Shown: piece after piece, positions 31,527-43,783 of the stretch
Position numbering within the stretch: position 1 is the first letter of the stretch
Layout: every line of letters starts with the position of its first letter
Virus record (IMG/VR): IMGVR_UViG_3300034073_005389
Span: 297,491-361,490 of that record
DNA: 64,000 nt
Reading direction: 5' to 3' (one strand)
Made by a program: the position numbers and the translations under genes
Notes under the pieces: model-generated
The model's database searches: none
Told to the model about the DNA's origin: nothing
Seen by the model: the letters and a program-made list of their open reading frames with translations, nothing else

Positions 31527-34500
31527 TTACTTAAGAGAGTTCTTGTTTTCAATTTCTTTCTTATGCTGATTTGTATAACTTCTAACGATGCTAGAGATAT
31601 CAACAACAGAGCAATCATTAGCCGTTACAAACAAACAGCCACCACCAAATTCTCCAGACCTCATTTTACTACACACACTTGCCCAAGTCATACTAAAATA
31701 ACCTTCTGCATCAAACTTAGACAAAAAGACCTTCATAATCTCAATGAGATGCTCAATATCACCACCAGAAAAACTATGCTCGTCTGCGTAGAATGTTACC
31801 TCATCTTTATGAAACTGATAATCAAAATTAGGAAAATTAGTACAATCACTAATATCTTCCAGATTAAAACCAAGCTGGACTAGCTTTTCCTGCTTAAGTT
31901 TAAGATCATTTTCATCGCTCAAGAAAAGAACTTCATACATCCAATCACTTTCCTCTGGAGTGTTAAGAGATACTGATTGAGCCCAAAGATTATAATTATT
32001 TGCCATATCAAAACACCTCTACGTTATCAGGATGAGCCAACAACATCCTAACATAGATTTTTTGCTTATCACCTCGATGCAAATAACCAGCCTCCTCCAA
32101 CTCTACTACATAATAAAGAGATGGATTTTCTACCCCAATATTATTGGTAATGGCTGTACCAATAATTCTTCCAATAGACTCGCTTTCATAATCCTTGTCA
32201 ACATACACTTTTGTTCCAATCGGAATCATATCAATCTCCAATAGAGATAGAGGCAGTGACCCAAGAGAGAGTAACATTATTTTTCATATCACTCTCATCA
32301 AATTGCTTACTAGCAGTCTTACAAAAGAGACTATTCAATCCTCGCTCAAACATCTCAACAGCCGCCTTCATCTTACTAGATGAAGAATACAGTGGATGAC
32401 GACGATAGGTTACAAAATATCCAGTATCATCAGTCCAGCTATTTTGGCGCACAGTAGTTCCAAAATCTTCAATAATCAAGACATCATAATCCAAACCAGC
32501 CGACTTACCCGAATCAGCAGCCAACTTTCCAACCTTATTCAAAAGGCTCCGCACATAAGAGTTATTGATATCACGAATTTGAAAAGATTGCTTGATCATA
32601 TCTTACCTCTCAATAATCATCATAACGATGCGCCCGATCATATGCCATATCTTCATACCGATTATCATCATAGTGGGATGATGAACTGTCATAAATAATC
32701 TGATCTAGCTTAGCTCCAATCTCATTCAATTCAGAATCCGAAACTTTCTCCATCCAATTATTGCCGTCAATATCTTGAATAGATGTAATCTCTGAATCCA
32801 AATCCTCTGGATAACAATCTTCTGGAAGTCGATGAAGGCAGGCTGGAGTGTAACTACCATTACCCTCTACATAAAGAGTAAATCCTTCACAATCCAAAAA
32901 TTTAATATCAAGACCTTGCTTTTCAGCTTCTTCTTTGGTCAAAAGCTGCTTTGTCTTAGGATGCACATAACGATTGATTTCATATTGAAAATCGAACATA
33001 ATTAATCTCCTAACAATGATTAAAATGACAAGCTACTTGCTCCGCCTTCTCTCGACAATCAAAAAAACCAATCAAACATCCGTTAAATATAATATACCAC
33101 TTACCAATATCTTCTTCCTCCAAAGAAGAAAAACACTTCAAATCTTCTTCAGAAATTTGAAAGATTCTCATAGTTATTCATTCCTTGGATTGTCAATCAA
33201 TCTTGCCCCTCACTTATAGCTCGGCAAGTTGACCGATGGGAACACCCAACATTAACAACTACTCTGAAATATTCTTATACCTAACACCCGACAACCTAAC
33301 CCTTTTGACCGACAACTTAATTTACTCTGATGGAATATTTACAAAAATTGGCTTTTGTACCGTCAAAGGCTGATAAACCCACTGATCACCATATCGAACT
33401 AATCGAATAGGCTCCATGCCAAAAGAAAAAGAAATCTTATAAATAGAAGAATCTTTTTCAGCTGCAATCATAGCATCAGAAAGTTGCTGAAAATATCGAA
33501 TACCATTTATTTCAGAACGAGTTTGAACTTGCATTTTTAACCTAACAGTTTAACATTGAATCCAAGAAAGCCATTCACACTTCTTTTTAATCGAAATGTT
33601 GGCTCTAACATCATCTGCCACTTCCATCATAATAAGTGACAATACTCGATGCGCCTTTTCTGGATCAAGATCGCTAGGCAATTCAGTACAATATGAACTA
33701 TTGTCTACCTCTACCCACTCGTTATTTTCAAATTTAAATACGTCAAACCGCATCAACAACTTATCCTCAGGATCGTCTGGATTATAATCTCCATTATATC
33801 CTTCGTTGGTTTCGTCATGCAATTCAACCTTTACATCATTGTCAATCAATTTGTAATTCATTATTCACCACTCAAATCACTGAGTCTAAACTTCTTCCAT
33901 AAAAACTAGTCGGAGTCGGCACCATAGGCGGATTGATATTGTAAATAAATACAATATCCGGCTCCGTAATCAACTTCAACTTTTCCACTGGGAAAGTTTC
34001 TATCTCAGTACCATAAGACTTCTCAAAAAATGATTTCTCATTCAATTGAATCCTAGCTGGATAAAATGATCCTTGGTAAGTAACAAATACTCCACCAAAC
34101 AAATCATACAAATAATCACCAGATTGCAAAGTAATCTTCTTATACTGATTACCTAATACATTCGCCCGACCTATATAATGCTCAGTCTTATAACATCCAA
34201 CCAAAATAAAAATATCAAAACTTTCCACTACCTCAAAATAAGAGTTAGTAGAAACTTCTGATAGATTATTGCGATACTTCATTTTTTTTCTATGCCTTAT
34301 CATTTACAGCAAACACAATTTGCTTTAATACCACCCCACAAGGATCTTTAAAAGAAAGAGTTGGTGGTGTCGGAATAATATTTGGCGTTTGATAATGCCC
34401 TAAACTCTGAGTAAGATGCACAATCAATTGACATGCTTCTTCCCTGGAAAGAACTATTCCTTGAATATTATTTGAGATTTTTTCTGTTGCCATTACCTAA

Positions 34501-35085
34501 TAATCCTTATTAGACTCTGCCTTATCTAGATTGCTAATAATCTGATTGATATCATTAACAATCTTCTCAGCAGAAGAAGTGCTTACATTCTTTCCATTAC
34601 TAAGAAATGACTGTATCAGAAAAGTCATTGCCTTTAGCTTAGTAACATCTTCTACCGCAATTAAATAGAATCCATCAGGAATATTAGCTTCCATTTCAAT
34701 AAAATCCAGCTTCTTTGGCAGCCCCACAGCCATCAAACAAAATAATATCATCACAATAATCAATATTATCTCCATAAGTTTCTCCAGCTGCCAATAAAAT
34801 TACACTATTCCTCAGTTGAATCTTATTCATAAACCTATGACTGTTTTCCCAGCCAGCCTGGCAAGAAAATAAAGCATCCATAAATGCCTTCTTGGCATTC
34901 TCAATCTCAAGAGGAATATCTTCCAAATCCTCCTCGGTATATTCATCTCCCAACTGTAGAATATCCGAATATGTATTTACTGCTACCAAATCATCCATGT
35001 TTTGGATGTACATTTCTGCTTTCTTCCAATCAGGATTAATGTTCTTTTTGATTTCCAAAACAGCAGAAATTAGTTCAGCACCCAT
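31527..35085 (-). other. Run of about ten small, mostly acidic hypothetical genes
   Basis: 31527-32006, 32008-32277, 32231-32599, 32610-32999, 33322-33534, 33550-33861, 33872-34303, 34290-34493, 34497-34775, 34696-35085; co-directional, mostly with RBS. Confidence 0.55.
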
Positions 35086-35119
35086 TGTTTACTCCAGAAG
35101 TAATTTGGTCATTCATAAA

Positions 35120-35554
35120 TCACCAACTAGATTGGTAATAAATACTTCCACCCTCTGTAACCAATTCCAATGCCTTCTTGCAAATCTTTACAGTATTTGC
35201 CAAATCATCCAAGTAATAATCATCATACTCTGTGCTACCAAAGAAAAATCCACTAGCAGTAGGCAAAATATCCCTACCACTCTTAGGATCATTCAAGACA
35301 GTCTCACAATCAGTAATCAATTCCTTCAACATATCAGGAGATACATAATAATTCCCGCAATCATCCTGCCCATCCTGAACATGCTGCACAAACCAATTGT
35401 GAATTGCATTTGCCTTGCGCCAATATCCAATTTCCTCTACTACATGAGAAATCTTACTGCAATCAATATCAGCAGGTTGACCATTCTTAGTAATGGTGAC
35501 AGTATATCCAGGATCAATATAAGTCTTACGAGTCAAAAACATATCAAGTCCCAT
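35120..35554 (-). CDS. Conserved hypothetical phage protein
   Basis: MGLDM, YWRKANAIHNWF, GFFFGSTEYD, YQSSW. Confidence 0.8.
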   Translation of the reverse strand: MGLDMFLTRKTYIDPGYTVTITKNGQPADIDCSKISHVVEEIGYWRKANAIHNWFVQHVQDGQDDCGNYYVSPDMLKELITDCETVLNDPKSGRDILPTASGFFFGSTEYDDYYLDDLANTVKICKKALELVTEGGSIYYQSSW

Positions 35555-35823
35555 AATGCTTCTCCTTCAAAATTTCTTCTACCAACTTTTCAGGCTCATT
35601 TTGCCTATAACTACTACGCCAAGGCAAAATGCCTTTTTCAATTGGTAACAAATCTGTTACATTATTAATTTGTTCCACTGAATCTAAATCAGTAATCTCT
35701 TGGTGCTGATGCAATTTGGCAATATCAATTGCCTGATTTGCATCCTCAGCTTCTACTAAAAGCTGTGTAAGAAAAGAAACTCTGTATAACTTCATAATTA
35801 CTCCACAAATATTTTATATAAAG

Positions 35824-35899
35824 CGCGCCTGGCAGGACTCGAACCTGCATGAATCCAATTAGCTTTCTCCTGCTTAGAAGGCAGGCGGCATACAGACGC
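35824..35899 (-). tRNA. D-armless tRNA-Arg(TCT)-like gene with enlarged variable region
   Basis: Acceptor GCGTCTG/CAGGCGC, anticodon arm CCTGC-CTTCTAA-GCAGG, perfect T arm; D arm replaced by 7 nt. Confidence 0.65.
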
Positions 35900-36113
35900 C
35901 TATCAAGCAAAAATAATTACCGCAAACTACTTTTGCCAGTCAATTGCATAATTGCCATATCAGCTTGGTCAATGGTCTTATACTCTCCAAGACAAACCGG
36001 AAATGGCGAAACATCCTCATAAAAATCATTTTCATCATCACATGCCTCAATCTGAATCCAAACCTTAAACTTTAAACTACCATTTTTATTAAGCTTCAAC
36101 GGCTCATCTTTCA

Positions 36114-36638
36114 TCAGCTTACCTCCAATTTTCCATTGTAATCTTCCAAAGCCTCATTCCCAGCTTCTTCGGCATCCTTCTTAAAATAAAATCCATAACA
36201 ACTATCTACCACCTGATCATCATCAATCACTTGATAACCATATACCTCGCCAGATAGATAGTGAGAAAATACCTCTACCTCAACCTTAAGAAAATCAATT
36301 ACCCTTTGCTTCAAAGCAGCAGTAATTCTCTTTACATCAAAATGCTCTCGAACTTGCTGCTTGCTAATATAAATAATTCCACACTTACCACTATCCCAAG
36401 GACAACTAAACCCAACCGTATTTAGCACTACCCCACTGTGAATATAAGCATATACCGGGACTACAATATTGTCACCGTCTTTCTCAATCTTGTCAATCTC
36501 CTCCCAACTAACTTGCTTATCTCCCAGATTATACCTAGAAGAAGTATATAGCATAGTTCCAAGATTGCAATACGCAACCCGAGGAGACATAGGATCGTTA
36601 TCCATTACAATCTCAAGATGTGCCATTTTATTCCTCAC
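36114..36638 (-). CDS. Conserved hypothetical phage protein
   Basis: VYAYIHSG, WDSG..G.IY, GEVYGY, DSCYGF. Confidence 0.75.
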   Translation of the reverse strand: MRNKMAHLEIVMDNDPMSPRVAYCNLGTMLYTSSRYNLGDKQVSWEEIDKIEKDGDNIVVPVYAYIHSGVVLNTVGFSCPWDSGKCGIIYISKQQVREHFDVKRITAALKQRVIDFLKVEVEVFSHYLSGEVYGYQVIDDDQVVDSCYGFYFKKDAEEAGNEALEDYNGKLEVS

Positions 36639-36880
36639 AGATTAGAATTGCTTATTAGCCACAACTTCTGGATTATCCAACTCTACCACAAAACAATTCT
36701 TCAAATTAAATAAATTAGCATACTCTGCCGCCAAATCCGCATTGGTAAATGGTCCGTAAAACTTATACCCAGTCACCAAATTGCCAATTACCAAAATAGC
36801 CATTTTGCTCATTTTTTTATCCCCTCAACCAACACCCTCACTACTAACTATCTCAGTTAACCGATGGGAACCCCCTCCCA

Positions 36881-37315
36881 TCACTCCAAAAGATATTGCT
36901 CAATCAAGCTCAACATCTTCTTAGAAAGAAAGTTATTATATACCTCTTGAGCAAAATCTTCCGCAAATTGTTCTTCATCCCATGGTCGATTATATGACCG
37001 ACCAGGATAACTATCCCTCAATAAAGAAAACATTTTGTCATTATTCACATAAGCACTTTCTGCCATCACATGACCATATTCATGCAATACAGAAAGTATA
37101 AACTCTGGCTTATTCTCCAATAACATTGGAGCAAGCCAAAAAATAGGTCCCCTGCCACCATTCTTATATTGAGAATAACTACGATACATAGCAACAAAAT
37201 TATTATTTGGTTGCTTGATTTTGATCATAAACTTATCCTCAATACCAACGGAGGCAAGCTTATTCAAAGCCAATTGCTTATAATCAAGTAATTTATTGAT
37301 AATAGTTGAGTTCAT
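36881..37315 (-). CDS. Zincin-like metallopeptidase
   Basis: LHEYGH...EEQFAEDFA. Confidence 0.6.
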   Translation of the reverse strand: MNSTIINKLLDYKQLALNKLASVGIEDKFMIKIKQPNNNFVAMYRSYSQYKNGGRGPIFWLAPMLLENKPEFILSVLHEYGHVMAESAYVNNDKMFSLLRDSYPGRSYNRPWDEEQFAEDFAQEVYNNFLSKKMLSLIEQYLLE

Positions 37316-38066
37316 AAAAATAAACCCGACGCAAATATCCTAGATTCTCAGCAAGATCGCAAGCATCAAGAAAACGAAAATAATTTTTATTGTTTTCTGA
37401 AGGAGGATCATAAATGTGAAAATGATAACGCAATTTGGGCTTCTTCCCGCCCCAACCCCGTAAATCTCCATCCGAAGTTAAAAACCAAACAATATTATCA
37501 ATCTCTCCAAGATAATCTATTTGTTTCATTATTAACCTCGCTAGTTAAACCTAAGATTATTATCTTAATAATCTATTTATTAAAAATAAGATTTTAGTAG
37601 TATAATCAACCTTCAACTTGATTCATTCGCAAACCATGATCCATATCCAATACAGATTCCACAATCTCACTAATCTCAAATCCTTGATCCAACAAAATCT
37701 TTACCTGCTCAAGAATCTCATTGGAACTAATCTCTCGTTCAAATGGTCCCCTATCACAAGATACAAGAATCTCGTCAACCTGCTTCTCTACATGATTAAC
37801 AATCTTTTGCAACATCTGATCTTGCGTAATCATTTTACCTATCTCCCAATACTAAATAGATTATTCCTTGCCTAGATATTGAAACCTATGCTGCTCTCCA
37901 TCTACTTCTAAAACTAGAGCTTTATCATCCCAATAACATTTAGCGGTCTTTAACGAATCGCTGCCTCGTAAAGCGTAATACCTATCCTGGGATATCCCTA
38001 GGTTAAGCCAATAAGCAGCAGTACTAATAGCTTTGCTAGGTCTCATTATTTCTCCTATTATATTAG

Positions 38067-38149
38067 TGCTCAGAGGGGGACTTGAACCCCCACGACCATA
38101 AGGTCCGCAGATTTTAAGTCTGCTGCGTATGCCATTCCGCCATCCGAGC
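38067..38149 (-). tRNA. tRNA-Leu(TAA)
   Basis: GCAGA-CT-TAA-AA-TCTGC. Confidence 0.93.
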
Positions 38150-38526
38150 TAAACTAAAAACTAAATCCAAACCCATGTCTGATATTGATGAAAATCTCGC
38201 ACCATCTCCAAATATTCCACTTGGTCAATGGTCAATTGCGGCTCCTGCTTTTGCAAAATCTCAATGTTGTGCTTATATTCCTTCTCAGAAATAGGACTCA
38301 GAATAATATTCTCCTCAATCATTGCAATCATCCTCCCCATCTTCCTCATCCACAATAAACTCATTGCACTCTGCCATATCCTGAACATCAGATTCACTCA
38401 TATAGTTCAAACATGCCAGAATCAAGGTATCCTTATCCAGAATACCCTCCTCCACCATTTGCAACAACTGATTGGTAAACTTACGAGTCATAACTATCTC
38501 CCTTTACTAAAATATTTATATTCTGA

Positions 38527-38991
38527 TCAGAATGGAATATGATTATCCTCAATCCTATCATCCATTGATGCAATAGATACCGGCATACTAACTTTCACAA
38601 AAGTCTTATGCTCCACCGGCATCTCATTCCAAGCAATCAACAATTGCTGATCCTGTTGGCTCATCTCAACCAATCTCTTAGCGAAATCCTCAATATAATT
38701 GTTCAAATGATATTGATAATACTCACTATCAGTCATCATGCTTTCCGCCGCACCAAAACTCCATCCCTCTCCATCAGGATTACTATTATAATCACTAATC
38801 ACCTGATTCAAATGCCGCGCAGCCAAAGCATAAACAACTTGCTCTAGCTTATCCAAATAAGCAGTATTCTCGTCTACTTCTCCAGTCCCACGACAATGAT
38901 AACAATCTTCCTGAAAATATCGACCATCTTCGTAATCTTCATGGTAGCCAATGCCATAACAGCTAGAACAAATAGCCATAATACTCCTCAA
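38527..38991 (-). CDS. Protein with DnaJ-type Zn-finger repeats
   Basis: CSSCYGIG...CYHCRGTG; ends in IPF. Confidence 0.6.
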   Translation of the reverse strand: MRSIMAICSSCYGIGYHEDYEDGRYFQEDCYHCRGTGEVDENTAYLDKLEQVVYALAARHLNQVISDYNSNPDGEGWSFGAAESMMTDSEYYQYHLNNYIEDFAKRLVEMSQQDQQLLIAWNEMPVEHKTFVKVSMPVSIASMDDRIEDNHIPF

Positions 38992-39074
38992 AAGATTAGG
39001 AATCCAATCTATCAGGGGCTAAACAAACCCCTCACCTATAACCCTACAGGTTAACCGATGGGTAACTCCTCACC

Positions 39075-39782
39075 TTACCCCAATAACCTTACCTTGCTAC
39101 CAGATGCCATACTCTGCCCCAAATGAATGGACTTTCCCCTATCCATCCCAGCATTATATGCCCCAAGATCAAATCTGCTCGAACTAGTTACCTTACTAGT
39201 ACGCAAAGTATGCATCTTGTTCATAAATGCAATTGCCTCATTCTCACGAGAGTTAATCTTAATAATAGAACTCTCACTGGCATTTGCCTTAGCTTCTTCT
39301 CTAGACTTATTCAACTGTTGCCTAATGCCAGCCACAAATCCCTGACAATAAGAAGCTGCAAAAATATTTCCTTTTCCACGAGCCTCTTTCTCAGAAAGAC
39401 GCTGACATTCCATCACCAACCAATTAAACATATAATTGGTAATATGAATATCACTGGTCCTACCAATTAGCTTATACCGGCTTACCTTGCGACCATTAGG
39501 ATAATATGCAGAATTAAATACCGCACATCCATAATGCTTGGCAAGCACTACCACCAAAGAACTCTTCCAAGGTACAATCCGACCAGTCTCATAAATAAAT
39601 CCATCATCCTCAACCAATGGATCAAGATCCTTCTCCTCAGTAGAATAATCCGCCTCAGACAAACGATATTGGTCAATTAGCTTATTGGCAGCAGCAGCCG
39701 CCGCCGCTGCCTCATTCGCATTACTGCTATTAGACAAACTCAATAGCTTCTGGACTTTGCTGATAACTGTAGATAGTTCCAT
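39075..39782 (-). CDS. DUF2786-domain protein
   Basis: KVQKLLSLS...NEAAAA..AANKLI. Confidence 0.75.
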   Translation of the reverse strand: MELSTVISKVQKLLSLSNSSNANEAAAAAAAANKLIDQYRLSEADYSTEEKDLDPLVEDDGFIYETGRIVPWKSSLVVVLAKHYGCAVFNSAYYPNGRKVSRYKLIGRTSDIHITNYMFNWLVMECQRLSEKEARGKGNIFAASYCQGFVAGIRQQLNKSREEAKANASESSIIKINSRENEAIAFMNKMHTLRTSKVTSSSRFDLGAYNAGMDRGKSIHLGQSMASGSKVRLLG

Positions 39783-39783
39783 C

Positions 39784-40131
39784 TCAAACCTCCTCTACAA
39801 ACTGAGCCTCAAAATCCTTAATGTACTTTCGCTCTCCATTCAAATAATGAATCACCGTCACATTATGATCAAACCTAAATGTAGAATAATCTTGAGTAGG
39901 AACTTCATTAGCATGGTCTAATGAAAATGTAATCTCATCCCCACCATACCAACGATCCCCGCAACAATCACAATCTTTCCCGTTCAAAACCCCATCAAAA
40001 TAAATGCCAATCTTCTGGGCTCGCTGATAACAATCATCTTCATCAACTCCCTCCACTACCACAGTAGAAGAAATGTCATCATCCAAATCATAAGAACCAC
40101 CGGAATTATTCTGACGAAATTGATAAAACAT
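39784..40131 (-). CDS. Conserved hypothetical phage protein
   Basis: QNNSGG, GIYFDGV, DCDCCGDRW. Confidence 0.75.
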   Translation of the reverse strand: MFYQFRQNNSGGSYDLDDDISSTVVVEGVDEDDCYQRAQKIGIYFDGVLNGKDCDCCGDRWYGGDEITFSLDHANEVPTQDYSTFRFDHNVTVIHYLNGERKYIKDFEAQFVEEV

Positions 40132-40420
40132 AATACTCCTTACTTATTAGGATTAACTTTCAACAGCTCCATAGCCTTATGGAAAGAATAATACTTTCCA
40201 TTCACCATCATACTGTGATCTAATACATCAGCAAAAGCTAAATACAACGTACTAGGATAACTAGTAGTTTGATACAAACTCATCAATTGCTGATATTTAG
40301 TCTCATCTACTCCTTCTTCTAACCAATCAAAAAGAGTAATAGCTAACTGATCTTCAAAGTTTTTCATAGATATTACTAATATTTATTTATATATTTTATT
40401 TTCAACCTTATAGGAATACT

Positions 40421-41038
40421 ATGAATAAGTATAGTTCTCTACTAAATAAAGTAAATTTGTTCTATAAATTAGCCAATCAAAGTAGTAAAGTAATAGACCC
40501 AGAAATCCAAAAGATTCTTGGAGTAGCAGCTGATGGTCAATTAGGTCCTCAGACTAGAAAAGCTATTGACGCTAAAAAAGCTGAATTGGCAAAAAAATTC
40601 AATATACAACCTAGCTCTATATCAGATAGTACTTTGTTTAGTCATCTTCTTACTGGAAGCCCTATAACTCAAAGTTTTCAACAAGCAGAAAAAACTACTG
40701 GTCCAACAACTAGTACCATTCCAAGTGAATTAAAAGGCTTTATTCCAGAAAGCACTGTTGAAAGCTTTCAACAAGCAGCACCAACAACCACTCCAGCAGT
40801 AGATTTTAATACTGCTTATGAAGCATACATAAAAGGCTTGCAATCACCAGTTACTAGCTTCCAACAAGCACAACCAACTACTGCCCCAACAACTACTACT
40901 ATTCCTCCAGGGCTTCAAGGATTTATTCCATCAACCCAAACTCAAAGCTTTCAACAAGCACAACCATCTACCACTCCAGCAGTAGATTTTAATACCGCTT
41001 TTAATGAGTATATGAAAAAACTACAACAAAAGCCTTAA
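40421..41038 (+). CDS. Peptidoglycan-binding-like domain protein with T/P/Q repeats
   Basis: QKILGVAADGQLGPQTRKAI; SFQQA x4, PAVDFNTA x2. Confidence 0.65.
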   Translation: MNKYSSLLNKVNLFYKLANQSSKVIDPEIQKILGVAADGQLGPQTRKAIDAKKAELAKKFNIQPSSISDSTLFSHLLTGSPITQSFQQAEKTTGPTTSTIPSELKGFIPESTVESFQQAAPTTTPAVDFNTAYEAYIKGLQSPVTSFQQAQPTTAPTTTTIPPGLQGFIPSTQTQSFQQAQPSTTPAVDFNTAFNEYMKKLQQKP

Positions 41039-41066
41039 TCTACCAACCTAAAACAGTAAAGTAAAC

Positions 41067-41100
41067 AAGAAGCAGAATATATTTATATTCTGCTTCTTTT
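41067..41100. terminator. Intrinsic terminator
   Basis: AAGAAGCAGAATAT...ATATTCTGCTTCTTTT. Confidence 0.65.
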
Positions 41101-41106
41101 ATTTAT

Positions 41107-41182
41107 TGGTCCGGAGAGGGAGAATCGAACTCACCAATGGGAGCTTTATAAGAACTCCTGCCATAACCAATGACTTCTCCGG
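41107..41182 (-). tRNA. Atypical tRNA-Ile(TAT), CCA encoded
   Basis: CCGGAGA/TCTCCGG-A-CCA; GGAGTT-CT-TAT-AA-AGCTCC; short D loop. Confidence 0.7.
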
Positions 41183-41241
41183 GTATCTTACTTTAAGCTA
41201 AGTAAATTACTTCTTATTTACCAATTGCATTAAAGAAAATC

Positions 41242-41562
41242 CTATGAGTGCATGACGTCTTGTATCTTGAGCAGGGGCACTTTCCGAGCCCAATCCTCAT
41301 CAGTCTTTATGTCAGGATACTGAGTCCCATTCCACCAATAATAATGGGACTTAATTGCGCCAGATTCGTAATACCAGATGGATGCAGGACCGTCCTCACG
41401 ATGCCGATTGCCGTTGAGGTCCCATTCCTGGCGCATGACGGCGCCGGATTTGTAATAATGGATAAGTGCGGGACCGTCCTCACGATGCAACTTGCCTTTG
41501 AGGAACCATTCCTGGGACCTGATGGCGTTGGATTTGTAGTACATAAAGATCTTGGGTTCCAT
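41242..41562 (-). CDS. MORN-variant (HREDGPA) repeat protein
   Basis: Two HREDGPA repeats; higher GC than flanks. Confidence 0.75.
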   Translation of the reverse strand: MEPKIFMYYKSNAIRSQEWFLKGKLHREDGPALIHYYKSGAVMRQEWDLNGNRHREDGPASIWYYESGAIKSHYYWWNGTQYPDIKTDEDWARKVPLLKIQDVMHS

Positions 41563-41570
41563 AATTCCTC

Positions 41571-43004
41571 CTACGAATTCATCGTATCTTCTATCAGGAA
41601 TAGTCTTAAAGAAAATCCCGTGATTTCCTCAATCATAAAGTCTAGATCCGAAATAAACAACTGATCCCGCTCGTCAAGCCCCTTCAATAAAGCAAATACA
41701 AGCTTCTTCGCCTCCAAATAAGGTATCTCACATTTGTCCTCTCCAAGAATAAAAATAATACTTTCCCCAAATGAAGATACATCTAATCCATTATACTCAA
41801 ATAACTTCATTTCCTAATAAGATCCCTAACCGCCCATAAAGGCAAAGTCACTACCTTATCTCCAGCAAGAAACTGCAAATCAGGATCAAATGCCACCAAC
41901 TTCCATCCTGTCTTTTTACAAAGACTATTAGCTTCTGCTTTCCAAGCCTTACTATATTCTGTAGTGTTATTGGTAAACTTGCCATTAGGCAAACGTCGAA
42001 TAGTGCTCATTTCGCCTCCAACCTAATAACCTCATTCCGCCAATAACGAAACAAAGTCCTATACTGAAAATAAGTCTCAAACGTACTAGTGCAATACTGC
42101 TTGTACTTATCTCCATACTCCTTACGCATATTCTTGAGCAATAGCTTCCAATCAAGATATCCTTGCCGATAACTATTCAACATAGACTTGGCAAATACCA
42201 ACTTTACATTATCTTCCCACGACAAATACCTATCTGCCATGTCATTATCCTCAGAATAAAAAATAGGCTTCATACTTTCTCCTTACCTACAATCACCAAG
42301 ATTGACCGATGGGAAACACTGACCATTATCAAGAATCCCATAAGACTTCTTGATAAAATATCTCACTGGAAAACCAACCTCAAGCTTCGCTCTTTCTCCA
42401 GCTTCTCCAACTCGCTCTGGTAATAAAGCAGATCCGACTTGCAAGCTTTCATCCTTTGCTTACAGCCACGCACATATGCCACCGCATAGGTATCCAGCCT
42501 TCCACGGTGCTGCTCAATGTGACTCAAATACATCTGAATGGATTTCTGACAACCCTCGATTTTCATTTGCAAAAATGACATTTTGTTATCCAAACCCATT
42601 TGTTGCCACATAATACCGCTCCTGTATAAGTGTATACAAAAAACTAAATAACTTCAATCAACAAATGTGTCGTGAAGATCATCCAACATATTCTCAATCT
42701 CATCACGAGGAACATCTGCCGCCACATTATCAAAACTAGACCAATACTTGGACCAAGTAGTCTTGGAAAATCTCTTATCCCTCTCTGGATGAAACCACTC
42801 ATCATTCAGAATAAGAGCCACCTCAAAACGATCATAATAATCCGATTCCATGCCATCCCTCCGAGGGGAACAATAATGAGTTTGACTTGCTTGAATGGAA
42901 ACCGTCAAATCCCCAATCTGAATAGGCTGAAAATGAGTATAGCTGCCAGGAACCCGCGTCAATACAAAATCAATCATGGCTATTCTCCTATCAAATAGGG
43001 TCAA
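41571..43004 (-). other. Run of five small hypothetical genes
   Basis: 41571-41810, 41807-42010, 42007-42273, 42363-42611, 42654-43004 (last has SIQAS.THYCSPR motif). Confidence 0.55.
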
Positions 43005-43429
43005 ACAGGATCAATCAATTTCCCGTTTACGTAGTATTGCTCATAGGTAACCTTCCCACTATTATCATAATGAATAATAGCAGGTCCATTTTCTCTATGA
43101 AAATTGTTATTCTGCCAATATTCTTCAACACTTACCTGTCCATCCTCATAATAAGAGGTGCAAGTAGGTCCATCTTCTCGATGAATCATCCCATGATGAT
43201 AATAATATTCCAATATCTTATTGCCACTCTCGCTCCAAGCAATACAAGCAGGTCCATTATCCCTATGCCGTTCCCCATTCATATAATACCACTCATAATA
43301 AAGAACGCCATTAGAATGATAAGTAAAAATCTTACAGCTCTTTTGGCTAAGCTCAATCTCAGCATAGCGAATAGCATCGCTTACATACTTGAAAGTAGTC
43401 GTCTGCCCTTCACATTCTACCATATACAT
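43001..43429 (-). CDS. MORN-variant (HREDGP) repeat protein
   Basis: HRDNGPA, HREDGPT, HRENGPA. Confidence 0.75.
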   Translation of the reverse strand: MYMVECEGQTTTFKYVSDAIRYAEIELSQKSCKIFTYHSNGVLYYEWYYMNGERHRDNGPACIAWSESGNKILEYYYHHGMIHREDGPTCTSYYEDGQVSVEEYWQNNNFHRENGPAIIHYDNSGKVTYEQYYVNGKLIDPV

Positions 43430-43432
43430 AAA

Positions 43433-43708
43433 TCACCTATAAAGATATCCACCATATGGATCGCATTCTTGCAATAGACGATCTATGTCATTATATAGAT
43501 TATATCTTATTCCTTTTGCTGGTGCTTTCCAACTAGCGGGCTTATAAATATCCCCAGTATTGTTATCCACAAAGGCATGTGAACTATTTTGCCCATTATA
43601 TTGACGAATAACCTTGGTATATTTATAGCCAGTCTCACTGAAAAACTTGGTATGTTTATCAGCTTTACTCTCCAAAGCTGATAGCCATCTATCCATGTAT
43701 AGATTCAT
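43433..43708 (-). CDS. Conserved hypothetical phage protein
   Basis: HAFVD..TGDIYKPASWKAPAKGIRYN. Confidence 0.75.
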   Translation of the reverse strand: MNLYMDRWLSALESKADKHTKFFSETGYKYTKVIRQYNGQNSSHAFVDNNTGDIYKPASWKAPAKGIRYNLYNDIDRLLQECDPYGGYLYR

Positions 43709-43783
43709 TATATCTTTGCCCTATCAAGAAAGATAAACAATCTTGCCCTTCACTTATAGTCGCCTAAGTTGACCGATGGGTAG

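Noticed and set aside
41242-43429. Diversity-generating retroelement TR/VR pair in the HREDGP genes
   Set aside because: No near-identical nucleotide repeat differing only at adenines and no reverse transcriptase seen.
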